A stretch of 64,000 bases of DNA. Source: a virus. This document shows, piece by piece, positions 17,928 to 28,110 of the stretch; within the stretch, counting starts at the first letter, position 1; the number at the start of each line of letters is the position of its first letter. Made by a program: the position numbers and the translations under genes. The stretch is taken from positions 1 to 64,000 of the IMG/VR virus record IMGVR_UViG_3300010233_001188; one strand, written 5' to 3'. Below the pieces are notes generated by a model. That model did no database searches and was not told where the DNA came from. It saw only the letters and a program-made list of their open reading frames with translations.

Positions 17928-20327
17928 TTAGAAACTAGCCCAAGTTCCTGGGTTGCCCCCATTGGTGCAAACATTGCCGTTAAAACCGCTTGTCGGAATA
18001 CGCGCCCAAGCCCGGTCACCGATGTTGTACCAGCCCGTAGTGGGGGAAGCGTTAGTCGCGCTCTTTATCGAACGCTGCCCATTAGCCCAAACAGTACCAT
18101 TGCCTGTCGCAAGATCATTTGTGAGATTGATGGTACCAACACACATAAGAGTTGCAGTACCATCGCTGAAATTGCCCCCCGGAGTTTCATGGGATGCCCA
18201 ATTTGGTTCGCTAGAGCCACTCGTGCCCCCAGATATATATTGATACATATATCCGTTTTCATTCGCGGATGTGGGGCGAACAAATGGCTCAAATGCGCCA
18301 ATAGTCATGTTAGCGTAAACTGTCGAATTACCGGCCCAAGCATTCGTACAAAGATTGGACTGATCTTGAACAGACGAGCCTGATTCAGTGCGCGAATCAA
18401 AATAGTTTAGCTGCATCGGGAAGGGGGCGGTATTCCCTATCAGAATACCAGCATTACGGGCCGTAAAATACGTATTGAAGAAATTGTATGTGCTAACCGA
18501 AGCATTGCCTATAGGATAAACCTGAGTGATGTATGTCCCACTATAAGCTGGAATGTTCAGCGGTGCGAAAGTTACATCCTCAAACACATTGCCCGGAACA
18601 AATGGCTGAATGCCGCCGCCAAACGATCCGCTAGACCCTCCTGTAGTAAACAAATTGGTCATGCCGGAAATGTTTTTAAGCGTAAGGTTCTGCCCGTCTG
18701 TGCCGGAAGCAAAGCTAGACGACGTGCCTATACTGATATTTCTTTGATCAGTTAAATCAAGATATCCATTTGCTGTGACATACGTAGTCCCCGCCGTGGT
18801 TAGCCCTGGGAATGTGCCATTACCGACAATAGGACCAAGAGCACTTGTTGCAACAGAGTAGAGAGTAGCATTTTCAATCGCATTCCCCTGAACTTGCACA
18901 AGATGAATATCGGCCCAGTACCCAGTAGTTGTTGAAACAGCCTCAAAACTTTCATCCTGAATTGTAAGTCCGGCGCATCTAACAAAACAATTCGCCGCAA
19001 TAAGACCGCCAACCCACCAATTAGGATTCTGCGGGTAAAAGCACCCAGCATTTGTCCCCTGATGATAATTATTAAACACACGCATATTGGTTTCGGTCGA
19101 ACCAAAAGCAAGGATGTCATAACGCCCAACAAACCCAAAATTATTATCGTGAATGCTGCTAGTAGTGGTATAGCTGCTGCTCAATAACGGAATCGAGATC
19201 GCATCACGTTGCACGCCATAAAAATTATTATGCGCGATTTCAAAGAACTCGTTGGCGGCTGAAAGGAGAACACCATCATTTAGTGTTCCGGTAAATGTGC
19301 AATCAATAATATTAGAAAGCTCGGCGGGGCCTACCCACAATCCATCAACATAATTAGAAGATGACTGATTACCAGTCATCGACCCGCCTATACCGTTATT
19401 GAATACAATCCCAGAAACTTCATACTTAGCATTGGGCGTTTCACCCAAAGACGCATCAGCCATTTTAAGGATGACTTTATGGGTAGCTAAGTTACCGGCA
19501 GCGCCAATATAGGTGAGGGTAGTATTACCGCCGCCTGCTGCTAAGCCTGGATTGACACCTTTAATAGAACAAGCCTGTGTGACACAGGTAAGACCTTGAT
19601 CTAGGAAATACTGTGATCCAAGTTGAATGGCTTGGGCATTATTAATCGACGCCTGTGTTCCCAGCCAATCAAGCGTATTTGTCGTGGCCGTAGCAAATGG
19701 ATAAACGGCCTGGATTTGTGTAAGATTGCCATACTGAGTTGAGGCGGCAATGTTGCCTGCTACTGCTCCAAACATTTCTGGCTGAATTGGGCCATTATCA
19801 AGAATACGGGACCAATAGAAACCAGATGTGGTAGAGACGATATTGGTCCCACCATTCTCCGTAACATTCCCGCTTTTAAGCTCGAAATGACCAGCCCCGG
19901 TCGAGGTATTAGAATAATATTGTGGGACATACACAATCGTCCCGACAGGCATGAATGTTAAAGGCTGAGAACGAAGCTGCGATATGTTCCCAATAGTTTG
20001 AACAGAGTCCCACATTGCGCTTGCATCCGATGCAGACACAATAAGAGCAACCGTTGCATTACCATCAAGATTAAGAAGACTGCCTGTAGAGGAGCTTCCT
20101 AGAGTGCGTGTAAGAGTGCCGTTCCCGGTTGAAACATAGGTTCCATTTCCTATCTCCCACGCTGTCCCATCCAATATCTCATAGCTATAGATAGTGTTAT
20201 TGCCGCATCCAGCTGCCGAGAATGTTTGATAAGCAGAACCGCCTATCGTGACCGCTGAGCCGAGCGTAATAGTTCCATTGCCGGTTGTGGCAGTGGACAT
20301 CCAAGCTCGATTTACGAATTTAGCCAT
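17928..20327 (-). CDS. Tailspike / receptor-binding protein, probable beta-helix
   Basis: N-terminal anchor (TATTG.GTITLG, WEIG.GTY), PEMFGA motif, beta-helix-like central repeats, C-terminal GNPGTW. Confidence 0.75.
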   Translation of the reverse strand: MAKFVNRAWMSTATTGNGTITLGSAVTIGGSAYQTFSAAGCGNNTIYSYEILDGTAWEIGNGTYVSTGNGTLTRTLGSSSTGSLLNLDGNATVALIVSASDASAMWDSVQTIGNISQLRSQPLTFMPVGTIVYVPQYYSNTSTGAGHFELKSGNVTENGGTNIVSTTSGFYWSRILDNGPIQPEMFGAVAGNIAASTQYGNLTQIQAVYPFATATTNTLDWLGTQASINNAQAIQLGSQYFLDQGLTCVTQACSIKGVNPGLAAGGGNTTLTYIGAAGNLATHKVILKMADASLGETPNAKYEVSGIVFNNGIGGSMTGNQSSSNYVDGLWVGPAELSNIIDCTFTGTLNDGVLLSAANEFFEIAHNNFYGVQRDAISIPLLSSSYTTTSSIHDNNFGFVGRYDILAFGSTETNMRVFNNYHQGTNAGCFYPQNPNWWVGGLIAANCFVRCAGLTIQDESFEAVSTTTGYWADIHLVQVQGNAIENATLYSVATSALGPIVGNGTFPGLTTAGTTYVTANGYLDLTDQRNISIGTSSSFASGTDGQNLTLKNISGMTNLFTTGGSSGSFGGGIQPFVPGNVFEDVTFAPLNIPAYSGTYITQVYPIGNASVSTYNFFNTYFTARNAGILIGNTAPFPMQLNYFDSRTESGSSVQDQSNLCTNAWAGNSTVYANMTIGAFEPFVRPTSANENGYMYQYISGGTSGSSEPNWASHETPGGNFSDGTATLMCVGTINLTNDLATGNGTVWANGQRSIKSATNASPTTGWYNIGDRAWARIPTSGFNGNVCTNGGNPGTWASF

Positions 20328-20351
20328 CTAGGGCGACTACGCCAATGACTC

Positions 20352-21044
20352 TTACGTAAACTGATCCGTCATCGTGAAAATGATGCTATCCCCAACATTT
20401 AGGCCAATTTGATTGAAGTTAGCGTGGACGAACATATTGCCGCCCTGAGCCGTACCTACCGTAGCCGTTTGGGCCGAGGTTGCGCCATTTGCCCCAGCAC
20501 CCCCATCACCCCCTAAGGTAACACTCGTACCATTGCTATGATTACCGGCAGCCGATCCTAAAGCGCCGCGAGAAATGATGTTCAGCGAAGTATTGCCGCT
20601 GAAATTCCCAACCAGCACTTCATTATCAATCTGAAAGTAGAAATTCCCGGTATTAGGGAAAGTGGCGATATTACCGACCGTAACATTGCCTGTGGTTGCA
20701 TTAGTGATGTTCCCGCTGAGCGTAGTCGTGGGACTTAAAGCAGCAGCAGTATCGAATGCTCCAAACTCTGTAATATTCCCGGGAGCGGTAAGACAAGTAA
20801 TTGTCCCGACAAGCTGATACGTGTCAGCGAGGAACGTAGTCGTAATCAACGTCGAGGTCGCCGCTACACGAGCTTCTTGCGTACGCGGAACCCAAAAATT
20901 CACATCCGAGTTAGATGCATTGCCGGTAAGATTGGCGCTTGCAACACCAGTCCCCCAGAAGATATTCTTAGGCTCTGCACCTAAACCTTTAACACGCGCC
21001 CATTCAATAGAACGGCCAGAATAAGTTGCTGTAGCTCCAGCCAT
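20352..21044 (-). CDS. Tail-fibre-associated structural protein
   Basis: WGTG, ITEFGAFD and GDSIIFT motifs; 10 sequons. Confidence 0.7.
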   Translation of the reverse strand: MAGATATYSGRSIEWARVKGLGAEPKNIFWGTGVASANLTGNASNSDVNFWVPRTQEARVAATSTLITTTFLADTYQLVGTITCLTAPGNITEFGAFDTAAALSPTTTLSGNITNATTGNVTVGNIATFPNTGNFYFQIDNEVLVGNFSGNTSLNIISRGALGSAAGNHSNGTSVTLGGDGGAGANGATSAQTATVGTAQGGNMFVHANFNQIGLNVGDSIIFTMTDQFT

Positions 21045-21050
21045 CTCTAA

Positions 21051-21356
21051 TTACTCCTTAACAGAAAAGGTGAGGGTCTTGATTTGCCCACGCTCAAACT
21101 CAGCTTTGGCTTGGGCAACATCTTCCCCAATGAATCGAAGCTGAATAGAACTGTGAGCACCAGATACAGGCGATAGCTCAACCTCAAGCGAATCGACCCA
21201 AACGGTCATAGGCTTTCCGGCAACATCACCCTGCACAGGGGTTCGATGCGGACTCACATTATGCACAACGTAATCAACTTGCATTTCACTCAAACTCCTT
21301 ACTGAGCATGACGCCAGATTTCGCCAAGCTGTTTTACAACGGGCAGCGTTCCGCAC
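21051..21356 (-). CDS. Hypothetical protein (true start probably near 21284-21293)
   Basis: AAGGAG RBS lies inside the ORF, before TTG/ATG. Confidence 0.55.
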   Translation of the reverse strand: MRNAARCKTAWRNLASCSVRSLSEMQVDYVVHNVSPHRTPVQGDVAGKPMTVWVDSLEVELSPVSGAHSSIQLRFIGEDVAQAKAEFERGQIKTLTFSVKE

Positions 21357-21547
21357 TTTGGGCAGACATCAACGGGCTGATTATCCTTGACCATCGGAGT
21401 GCCACAAATCGGGCGATACGGGCGCTGAAAAAGCCAATCCCAAAGAGTGCGCTGATACGGACCTTGGCAGCGTCTAATAACCGTAGCTTTGAGCGAACGA
21501 ATACGTTGCGGCGAAGAAGCCGCTTGTTGTACGGATGGATTTTCCAT
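21299..21547 (-). CDS. Small zinc-ribbon protein
   Basis: C...C...CPKC pattern; abuts upstream gene. Confidence 0.6.
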   Translation of the reverse strand: MENPSVQQAASSPQRIRSLKATVIRRCQGPYQRTLWDWLFQRPYRPICGTPMVKDNQPVDVCPKCGTLPVVKQLGEIWRHAQ

Positions 21548-21988
21548 TCAGTCCCCGATACAGAAATATGCGATTGTATGATTGCCGGAACCGCCTACTG
21601 TGGCGAGATTCCCAGCAGATGGCGTCATAAAGACAGAAGCGTTGCCGGTCTGATCCGTGGCTTGACAGGAATATGCAGTATTGCCCGTAAACAACGCCAA
21701 ACCTGAAAAGCTGACATTCGCTGTCCCATTCCCCAAAACCACTACGCCGGATACCGCGTGCGGTAATGAAACCTGAGTGCCATTAGCAGTGTAAACAGGT
21801 AGTGCGCTAGTAGATGGGGCGGGCGTAAAGCCTAATGCATCCTGCTTGCCGCTAAAACATAAATTCCACTGCCCAGCAGTCAAAATGGCATTATAGGCTA
21901 TATAAGAACAATTAGACTGTGCATGTACCGGCTCAATAGAAAGAGCCGCCAGTGCCAATCCTGACGCGCCTAGAAGCAATTTATTCAT
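21548..21988 (-). CDS. Signal-peptide-bearing beta-rich protein in tail module
   Basis: MNKLLLGASGLALAALSIEPVHA|Q Sec-type signal; KQDALGFTP fibre-like motif; 6 sequons. Confidence 0.7.
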   Translation of the reverse strand: MNKLLLGASGLALAALSIEPVHAQSNCSYIAYNAILTAGQWNLCFSGKQDALGFTPAPSTSALPVYTANGTQVSLPHAVSGVVVLGNGTANVSFSGLALFTGNTAYSCQATDQTGNASVFMTPSAGNLATVGGSGNHTIAYFCIGD

Positions 21989-22014
21989 TTAGATTCTTTC
22001 AACCAATTCTTATA

Positions 22015-23193
22015 TTAATCCCCAATTGCAACCCATAAAGCGGAAACTGGATTAGTTATGCGCTGTGCTGCGTTTGCAGTATCGGCAACTATAGTACAGC
22101 CAGTTGTACTAGCTGATTCGAAAATCAAAACAATCGGGTTCCAAGAACCATTGGCTGAGCCATTCGCGCTACCCGTCACCATTAAGACCGAATTGGGAAA
22201 AGCACGAGGAAAAGTCAGTGTTGTATTAGTTATATTTGATCCACTTGTAAGAGGAATGGAACCGAATTGAATATAGAAGGCGTTACCGTTTACATTCGGC
22301 ACCGCAAACCAGCCAACACCGGCCTCAAAAGTCAGGTTGCCTAGCGCAGCCGGAACATTGTCTAAATCAGACAGATTGTTTGCAGGCTGTAGAAATGCTG
22401 ATAATGCCTGAAGCGCCGCTGCTCCAAGCCCAAGATTTGTTCTAGCCGTTGGAGCACTAGAAAGGTCAGACAGATTATTGACAATCTGTAGGAAATTTCC
22501 AGTAACCGGGGATATGCCTAAGGACTGAAGCTGGAAAGCACTTCCATTGCACGACATCGAAAAGATGCCGTTAGCAGGCAATTCGGCTGTATTAAGCTGC
22601 GTACCATCCGCGTGAGTAAGAGCCGTAGCCCCTATCCCGTTCACATTAACAGTCATGTTTCCGCTATTGGCGGCGGAAATCTTCTGAACCCGAATATCCC
22701 ATCCCCTCATCTGGCTTAAATTGCCAAATGCTACGGGCAGGGTTACATTAGCCGCGTTCGCTGTGCCGTTATCCGTGCCAAATAGGGAGAAGGGTGTAAC
22801 CCCGGTCCAATTCCCGCCGCCTGTATCGGGATTGGCCGTGTTATTCCCGATAGAGGAATACCACTCTAGCCCGCTGATATTCGCGGCGGTTAAAATAGAG
22901 CCTTTAGGATAGCCATTGATTGATGTCGAGAAATTTCCATCATAGAAAACCGGAGCACCGGCTTCCTGCCATACAGTCCAGGCGCTAATCGCATTAAGCG
23001 CACCATTTTCATCTTGAATGAGTGGCGGCGTGCCTCCGGCCAGAATAGGCGTGCCCGTCTCGGGGGGCCAACCCAAGCTCCAAGAAGCCGCCGTAGGATC
23101 GGCAGTAGTAGATGGAATCGTGCGAATATAGGTCGCTGTAGCATTAGCGCCCCACGCAACCGGAATCTTAGCTGGAATACTTGTGATATTCAT
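22015..23193 (-). CDS. Tail fibre protein
   Basis: ASW..G.PP.T..P...GG.PP, GYPKG, NNLSDL...ARTNLGLG repeats, YIQFG/FP.AFPN C-terminus. Confidence 0.85.
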   Translation of the reverse strand: MNITSIPAKIPVAWGANATATYIRTIPSTTADPTAASWSLGWPPETGTPILAGGTPPLIQDENGALNAISAWTVWQEAGAPVFYDGNFSTSINGYPKGSILTAANISGLEWYSSIGNNTANPDTGGGNWTGVTPFSLFGTDNGTANAANVTLPVAFGNLSQMRGWDIRVQKISAANSGNMTVNVNGIGATALTHADGTQLNTAELPANGIFSMSCNGSAFQLQSLGISPVTGNFLQIVNNLSDLSSAPTARTNLGLGAAALQALSAFLQPANNLSDLDNVPAALGNLTFEAGVGWFAVPNVNGNAFYIQFGSIPLTSGSNITNTTLTFPRAFPNSVLMVTGSANGSANGSWNPIVLIFESASTTGCTIVADTANAAQRITNPVSALWVAIGD

Positions 23194-23209
23194 CTAGTAT
23201 GATGATGCC

Positions 23210-23854
23210 TTAGTTAAAGACATAATTAATGGCAACGCCGCATGGCGTAGGTAGAACACCTGATTGTTGGACAATCGCCTGCTGCACAACCGATGCGGTA
23301 AAATTGAATGTGTAAGTCAGGGTCATATTCTGACCGTCCACTACGTAAGCCTCGCCCGCTCCTGGAAAGAGATTAAGCAGCACATTATTGATGCCTGGAA
23401 TCGAACCATCACAGATATTAGCGAGCGCCTTAGCCAAAATTACTTGGCGATACACCATATCCGTCATGGAGTAGTTAGACGTAGCCCCCGAACCAGCATA
23501 AAATGGCGACACACTATAAGGATCACCGCTTGCCCCGGCCGGGCCTGTCATGCCAAAGAAAGAGCCGGTAGAAATTTGCAGAACGCGGCCAACGCCAACA
23601 ATCCTACCCCATACATCCAACCCGTACCCTTGGGCGGAATTGACGTTGAACATTAGATCAAAGAAATCGTCTATGTTCTGCGTCTGGTCAATATATGCAA
23701 ACCAATTACCAATCAGTGTCGTGATGATTGGGGAGTTAGCGTACTGGCTGATTACACTATTCTCATAATTCCAATCAGGCTGAGTCCCTATTGGGCTTAC
23801 GCCAATCTGGAATGCCCCAATAGCATTTGGGATAGGCGAATTAAGCTCTGCCAT
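23210..23854 (-). CDS. Baseplate wedge protein (DUF2612-like)
   Basis: SQYANSP, AQGYGLDVWGRIVGVGR, P.PCGV; follows baseplate J. Confidence 0.85.
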   Translation of the reverse strand: MAELNSPIPNAIGAFQIGVSPIGTQPDWNYENSVISQYANSPIITTLIGNWFAYIDQTQNIDDFFDLMFNVNSAQGYGLDVWGRIVGVGRVLQISTGSFFGMTGPAGASGDPYSVSPFYAGSGATSNYSMTDMVYRQVILAKALANICDGSIPGINNVLLNLFPGAGEAYVVDGQNMTLTYTFNFTASVVQQAIVQQSGVLPTPCGVAINYVFN

Positions 23855-23856
23855 CT

Positions 23857-25323
23857 TTAAGTGATCGTCACAAAGATATTATTGGCTTGAACTTGCGGAA
23901 TCTGATCGGCATGAACCCAAACAAATGTCTGATTAGCAATCACGCCAAACATTGTCTCGTTGCCGATTGATTGATTGCCGCCACTAAGGCTGTAATTACC
24001 AATGCTACCATTACCAGAAAGATTGGCGTTGATGATTGTTCCAGGAACAACCAGCCCGTTAGCATCAATAAGCACTTGACTTACCGGAACAGCAATGTTG
24101 CCGGACACGTTGCCGATGGCATTAAGAACCATACCAGAAACATTTCCGGTAAAGGTTGACGCCGCTGTATTCTGCGTCCCAATATAGATGCTACGGATTT
24201 GCGCCCATGACCCGAGCGCGCTAATCGGACCATAGAACGGCCCGGCTAGAACCTGAGAACCAATACGAGGCATTGGCGCTGTATAATTTCCACTCACATT
24301 ACCGGAGGTGGAATTGCCATTAAAAATACCAATGATGGTTTGCTGAATAAGCGTAGCCGCATTCGACGGAACAGCCGTGCTATTAGCCACATTGATTGCA
24401 AATACAAACTGAAGCGGGGCCGGTATTGTATACGTGATGTTATATGGGATTGGAGCAGCATAAAGCGGATTACTGTCATACACGGTAACGGTTGTATTAC
24501 CCTGCATGGGCGCGCCTGGAGATTTCTTATCCAGGATTGCAGTAGCTACTGCCGAGCTATTCCCGCCATACACAGACACAAAAATGGAATTGGCGGCAAT
24601 CGTGACATTACCAGCTGTCACATTTCCTGAAGTGTTATTGCTATAGCCCCAATAGTCTAAAACCCCTGGGACAGCGGCAACGCATCCAATTATTGCACCA
24701 ATAGGCCCAAAGGAATTTCCGGCAACCGAAGCCGCTCTCCGCGCTTCAAACGCCGAACGATTCTCAACATTTGCTCCCTCAACCCCTGAAACAAACGAGC
24801 AGCTATCCCATCCAGGAATAGATGTGTAGATGGATAAATTGCCCTCAGGAACAGCAATTGGGCCGTAATTAGTGCAGGCAAAAGTAGCAGTGACGTTCCC
24901 GCCAACTGGGATGGTCACATTACCGGCATTAGCGTATGCGTTGCCCGAGGCATCCTGGACTAATGCGCCCGCTGGAATAACAACACCGGGCAGTCCAAAA
25001 TTGTACGTTGTCAGCGTAGTCGCGGTCGCCGGAATACGTGTCATGAAATAGATACGACCTATCGCATCCTGGAACCGCCCAACATTATACGCCGGGTCCA
25101 TTTGCTGTGATAGGTTTACAAATTCATCGTTAGTATTCCCAATGATGGCTGCCTCACTAGAGGCAAGCTGCCCTTGAGGGGTGCTAAGATTAGCACTTAA
25201 ATTCCCACCAAAAGCTGTATTTATATCCTGTTGAACGCCCGCAAGAATAGCGCTTTCAAGAGGACTTTGGAATCCTGTGGGCGTGAAAACCAACGGCGGC
25301 ACGGATGTTGATATATTAGCCAT
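23857..25323 (-). CDS. Baseplate J-like protein
   Basis: LSTPQGQLASS, DP....GRFQDAIGRIYF; about 27 sequons. Confidence 0.88.
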   Translation of the reverse strand: MANISTSVPPLVFTPTGFQSPLESAILAGVQQDINTAFGGNLSANLSTPQGQLASSEAAIIGNTNDEFVNLSQQMDPAYNVGRFQDAIGRIYFMTRIPATATTLTTYNFGLPGVVIPAGALVQDASGNAYANAGNVTIPVGGNVTATFACTNYGPIAVPEGNLSIYTSIPGWDSCSFVSGVEGANVENRSAFEARRAASVAGNSFGPIGAIIGCVAAVPGVLDYWGYSNNTSGNVTAGNVTIAANSIFVSVYGGNSSAVATAILDKKSPGAPMQGNTTVTVYDSNPLYAAPIPYNITYTIPAPLQFVFAINVANSTAVPSNAATLIQQTIIGIFNGNSTSGNVSGNYTAPMPRIGSQVLAGPFYGPISALGSWAQIRSIYIGTQNTAASTFTGNVSGMVLNAIGNVSGNIAVPVSQVLIDANGLVVPGTIINANLSGNGSIGNYSLSGGNQSIGNETMFGVIANQTFVWVHADQIPQVQANNIFVTIT

Positions 25324-25324
25324 C

Positions 25325-25675
25325 CTATAATGTGACCGCCGTTACATTCCCTGAAGTGGTTGTGATGGTAACTGTACCTGTAACGAGTCTATTCTGTACG
25401 CTCGATATGACACAAACTGCATTAGCAACATAAGGCTGTGTCTCTGCTGCTGATGCGAACTTAGCCTGCATCAATGCCACGGATGCGTCTTGTCCAAGAA
25501 TCTGCGTCCAATACGGAACGCCTTCATTTACGTCGTAATAAAGCTCGCCTTGAAAAAGCTTAATGGCCGAAGCACAGTCCTGCGCTATAGCATCATCATC
25601 TTGAAGAGTGGCTATATTGCCAAACTCATCAACGTACAAATCCCAATTATCCAAATCGAGGGCGAGCGTGCTCAG
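25325..25675 (-). CDS. Baseplate gp25/W-like protein (probable CTG start)
   Basis: WDL..D..GNIA, AQDCASAIKLFQGELYYD...GVPY. Confidence 0.75.
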   Translation of the reverse strand: MSTLALDLDNWDLYVDEFGNIATLQDDDAIAQDCASAIKLFQGELYYDVNEGVPYWTQILGQDASVALMQAKFASAAETQPYVANAVCVISSVQNRLVTGTVTITTTSGNVTAVTL

Positions 25676-26373
25676 TGCGGCGTACTCGTATTACTACCAC
25701 CAGTTTGAACACCGCCATGAACATGGGTATTGCTGACATTCGTACCGTTACTGGTCAGATCGCCCACAATGTTCACGCCGCTAGAAGACATAATGATCTG
25801 ATTCCCATTGCAATCCGTAAGCGTAATTCCGGCAGACGACATGGCAATGGTGTTGCCATACTTATCAGCAATATTCATCCCGCCTGCGTTCAAAAACTGA
25901 ACATATTGATTGGGACTTGTTGCAGATAAAATCGTGAACTGATACATCGCATCAGCCCAGCCAAAACGACGACGTGATCCGGGATTAGCTTGAGCCTTAT
26001 TTGCTTTGACAGACGAAATGTCTCTGTCTGCAAACACAACTACGCCTATATCCCCAACTTGAGGATCACAAATAATGGCGTTTGCCCCGGCCTGAACTCT
26101 GGAATACGGTACATTGTAAATCGTACCATGCTGATACGCATTACCGAGCCCATCCACAAGATTCACAAGCGGCGAAACACCTACTGTGCCGGGGGCGGCA
26201 ACATTCCCACTATTCGATACGGACTGTACTTTGACGATAGTTGATGTTCGAACTAAGCCAAGGAGTTGCTGAACAATGAACTCAATCTTATTATATTCAG
26301 AGGTTGATGCGGACAAGCCTGCAAAGCCCGCGTACCCGCCACCTAAATTCGGATTATTAGGACTATTGGTCAT
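25672..26373 (-). CDS. Central baseplate spike (Gp138/gpV-like)
   Basis: DPQVGDIG..VFADRDIS; C-terminal HVHGGVQ iron-binding tip; start at ATGA overlap 26373. Confidence 0.88.
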   Translation of the reverse strand: MTNSPNNPNLGGGYAGFAGLSASTSEYNKIEFIVQQLLGLVRTSTIVKVQSVSNSGNVAAPGTVGVSPLVNLVDGLGNAYQHGTIYNVPYSRVQAGANAIICDPQVGDIGVVVFADRDISSVKANKAQANPGSRRRFGWADAMYQFTILSATSPNQYVQFLNAGGMNIADKYGNTIAMSSAGITLTDCNGNQIIMSSSGVNIVGDLTSNGTNVSNTHVHGGVQTGGSNTSTPH

Positions 26374-27263
26374 GTAGATGGAACCGCTACATAGCCTGGA
26401 GGTGCGGCCTGAATCGTGCTGAACCACGCACCATGAGGCATGTTAGCTTCCAAATCGTGATCAACCCCATAAACCCCCCATGTCCCGGAAGCGCCTTGTA
26501 AAGAACTCTGTACTTGAATCTGACTGCCCATGAACACATTGGGATTGAATAAAGTTCTGACTTGAATACCATTAGAATTAAACGTGGGGTATCCAATCAT
26601 CCCGGTTGATGGGGAAATTATCGGGATTGTCCCGGTTCTGAAAAAACCCGGATACCATACAGCCAAGACACCATTATCGCCGCTGTTCCAATCAAGGCCC
26701 GCATCATGCACAATCTGCCTAGCCTGGATTAAAGGCGATCCGGCATAATATACGCTGGGTAGTAAAACGCTAACCCCATTAAACTCAGTAGTCAGATTCA
26801 TCTGAGATGCTAGACTAGAAAGCAGTGTAGTCACATTGACCTGTGAACCAACACTTGTGGGCTGAGCAGGAGTGACGGCTTGAATCATCAACCCAAAAGC
26901 TTCAACCTGAAAACAAACATCCGGCTGCGATCCAGCATCAACCCAAGCGTTCTGAATCGTGCCCTGAAAAACTGTCGCTGGGGTAGTATTTGAATCACCG
27001 GCCTGAATAGTTATAGAATTTCGGCGCTGGATAGTAGCAAGTAATCCTAATGTCGAAAGCGCATTCATTTGACTCAGGCTCATGCCATAAATAGTAGCCT
27101 GAGCCGTGGGCATCGCGTTGCCGCCTGCTTTTGATATTCTACAACTCATTCTAGGCGTGTTATTACCAGCACCGGAAATAGTGACCGTGTTATTGCCGCT
27201 ATTGCCGAACGCACCTTCGCCTAAAACAAAAGTAGCGGTCAGAAGCCGCTGGACAAAAGCCAC
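26370..27263 (-). CDS. Baseplate hub protein
   Basis: IQAGD...VFQGTI, ISPSTGMIGYPT; synteny. Confidence 0.8.
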   Translation of the reverse strand: MAFVQRLLTATFVLGEGAFGNSGNNTVTISGAGNNTPRMSCRISKAGGNAMPTAQATIYGMSLSQMNALSTLGLLATIQRRNSITIQAGDSNTTPATVFQGTIQNAWVDAGSQPDVCFQVEAFGLMIQAVTPAQPTSVGSQVNVTTLLSSLASQMNLTTEFNGVSVLLPSVYYAGSPLIQARQIVHDAGLDWNSGDNGVLAVWYPGFFRTGTIPIISPSTGMIGYPTFNSNGIQVRTLFNPNVFMGSQIQVQSSLQGASGTWGVYGVDHDLEANMPHGAWFSTIQAAPPGYVAVPST

Positions 27264-27577
27264 TAGCCAATTCCAGGGGGAAGATCAGATGCGGCCAAAT
27301 ACAAAAGCTGATACCGCGATCCTAGGCCTGTGTAATAAGGATCATTCGAGCCTTGCGTATCAACGTACATAAAATCGCCGCTAAACCCTAACCACAAATC
27401 TCTGACAATACGATTCAGGTTCTCGCAAATTACGCCTGAGAGTATGGGGCCATTATTGACCTCAATATCCATATATAAACCGCTGTTCTTCTGGTAAATC
27501 GAAAGCTGGCAGACTTGATTACCTAAAGAGATGGTCAAATTCTGAGAAGCTGTCGCTTGTAATGGGACTAATTGCAC
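27263..27577 (-). CDS. Small baseplate protein
   Basis: VPLQ...Q, F.DTQG..DP.YTGLGSRYQL.Y; synteny. Confidence 0.75.
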   Translation of the reverse strand: MQLVPLQATASQNLTISLGNQVCQLSIYQKNSGLYMDIEVNNGPILSGVICENLNRIVRDLWLGFSGDFMYVDTQGSNDPYYTGLGSRYQLLYLAASDLPPGIG

Positions 27578-27579
27578 GA

Positions 27580-28110
27580 CTAATGCCCTAATAAATTTGT
27601 AGCATTACCGACAATTACGAACGCATCATTATTCACTACAGTAGAGACGTTCCCAGCCTGCACAGTTCCGGCCTGCACCGGGTCTTGAGATTGGGGCTGC
27701 TGGGTACTGGTGAAAGCCGTTGTAATCGTTTCCCGAACTTCCTCTACCCGTACATCCGCTTGAATCAAAACTAGACCCTGATTAGCAGTACGCTCAAACG
27801 AGTAATTAGTGATGTTCACATTTTGGTAGATGCTATCAGGCATCACCAAATCGTAAAGCGTCAATGCATTTGCATTCGTATCAAGGATGTTCAGAAAAGC
27901 TTGGCGATCAATGACTGTACCGCCTTGTGCGAAACGAATTGTCGCCTTAAATGGCTCTTGAACCTTATTATAGCTCTCGAATGCGCCCTGTTCTAAAGGG
28001 TAATCCGAAATACTCCAATCCTGAGAGTAGCCGAGCTTGATAACAGACTCGGCTGTAATTGCCGCCTGTCCTGAATTAGAGAAATACAAGCCCCATTGAT
28101 TAGTAGTCAT
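27580..28110 (-). CDS. Tail tube initiator / Dit-like baseplate protein
   Basis: ISDYPLEQGAFESYNKV; directly after tape measure. Confidence 0.75.
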   Translation of the reverse strand: MTTNQWGLYFSNSGQAAITAESVIKLGYSQDWSISDYPLEQGAFESYNKVQEPFKATIRFAQGGTVIDRQAFLNILDTNANALTLYDLVMPDSIYQNVNITNYSFERTANQGLVLIQADVRVEEVRETITTAFTSTQQPQSQDPVQAGTVQAGNVSTVVNNDAFVIVGNATNLLGH

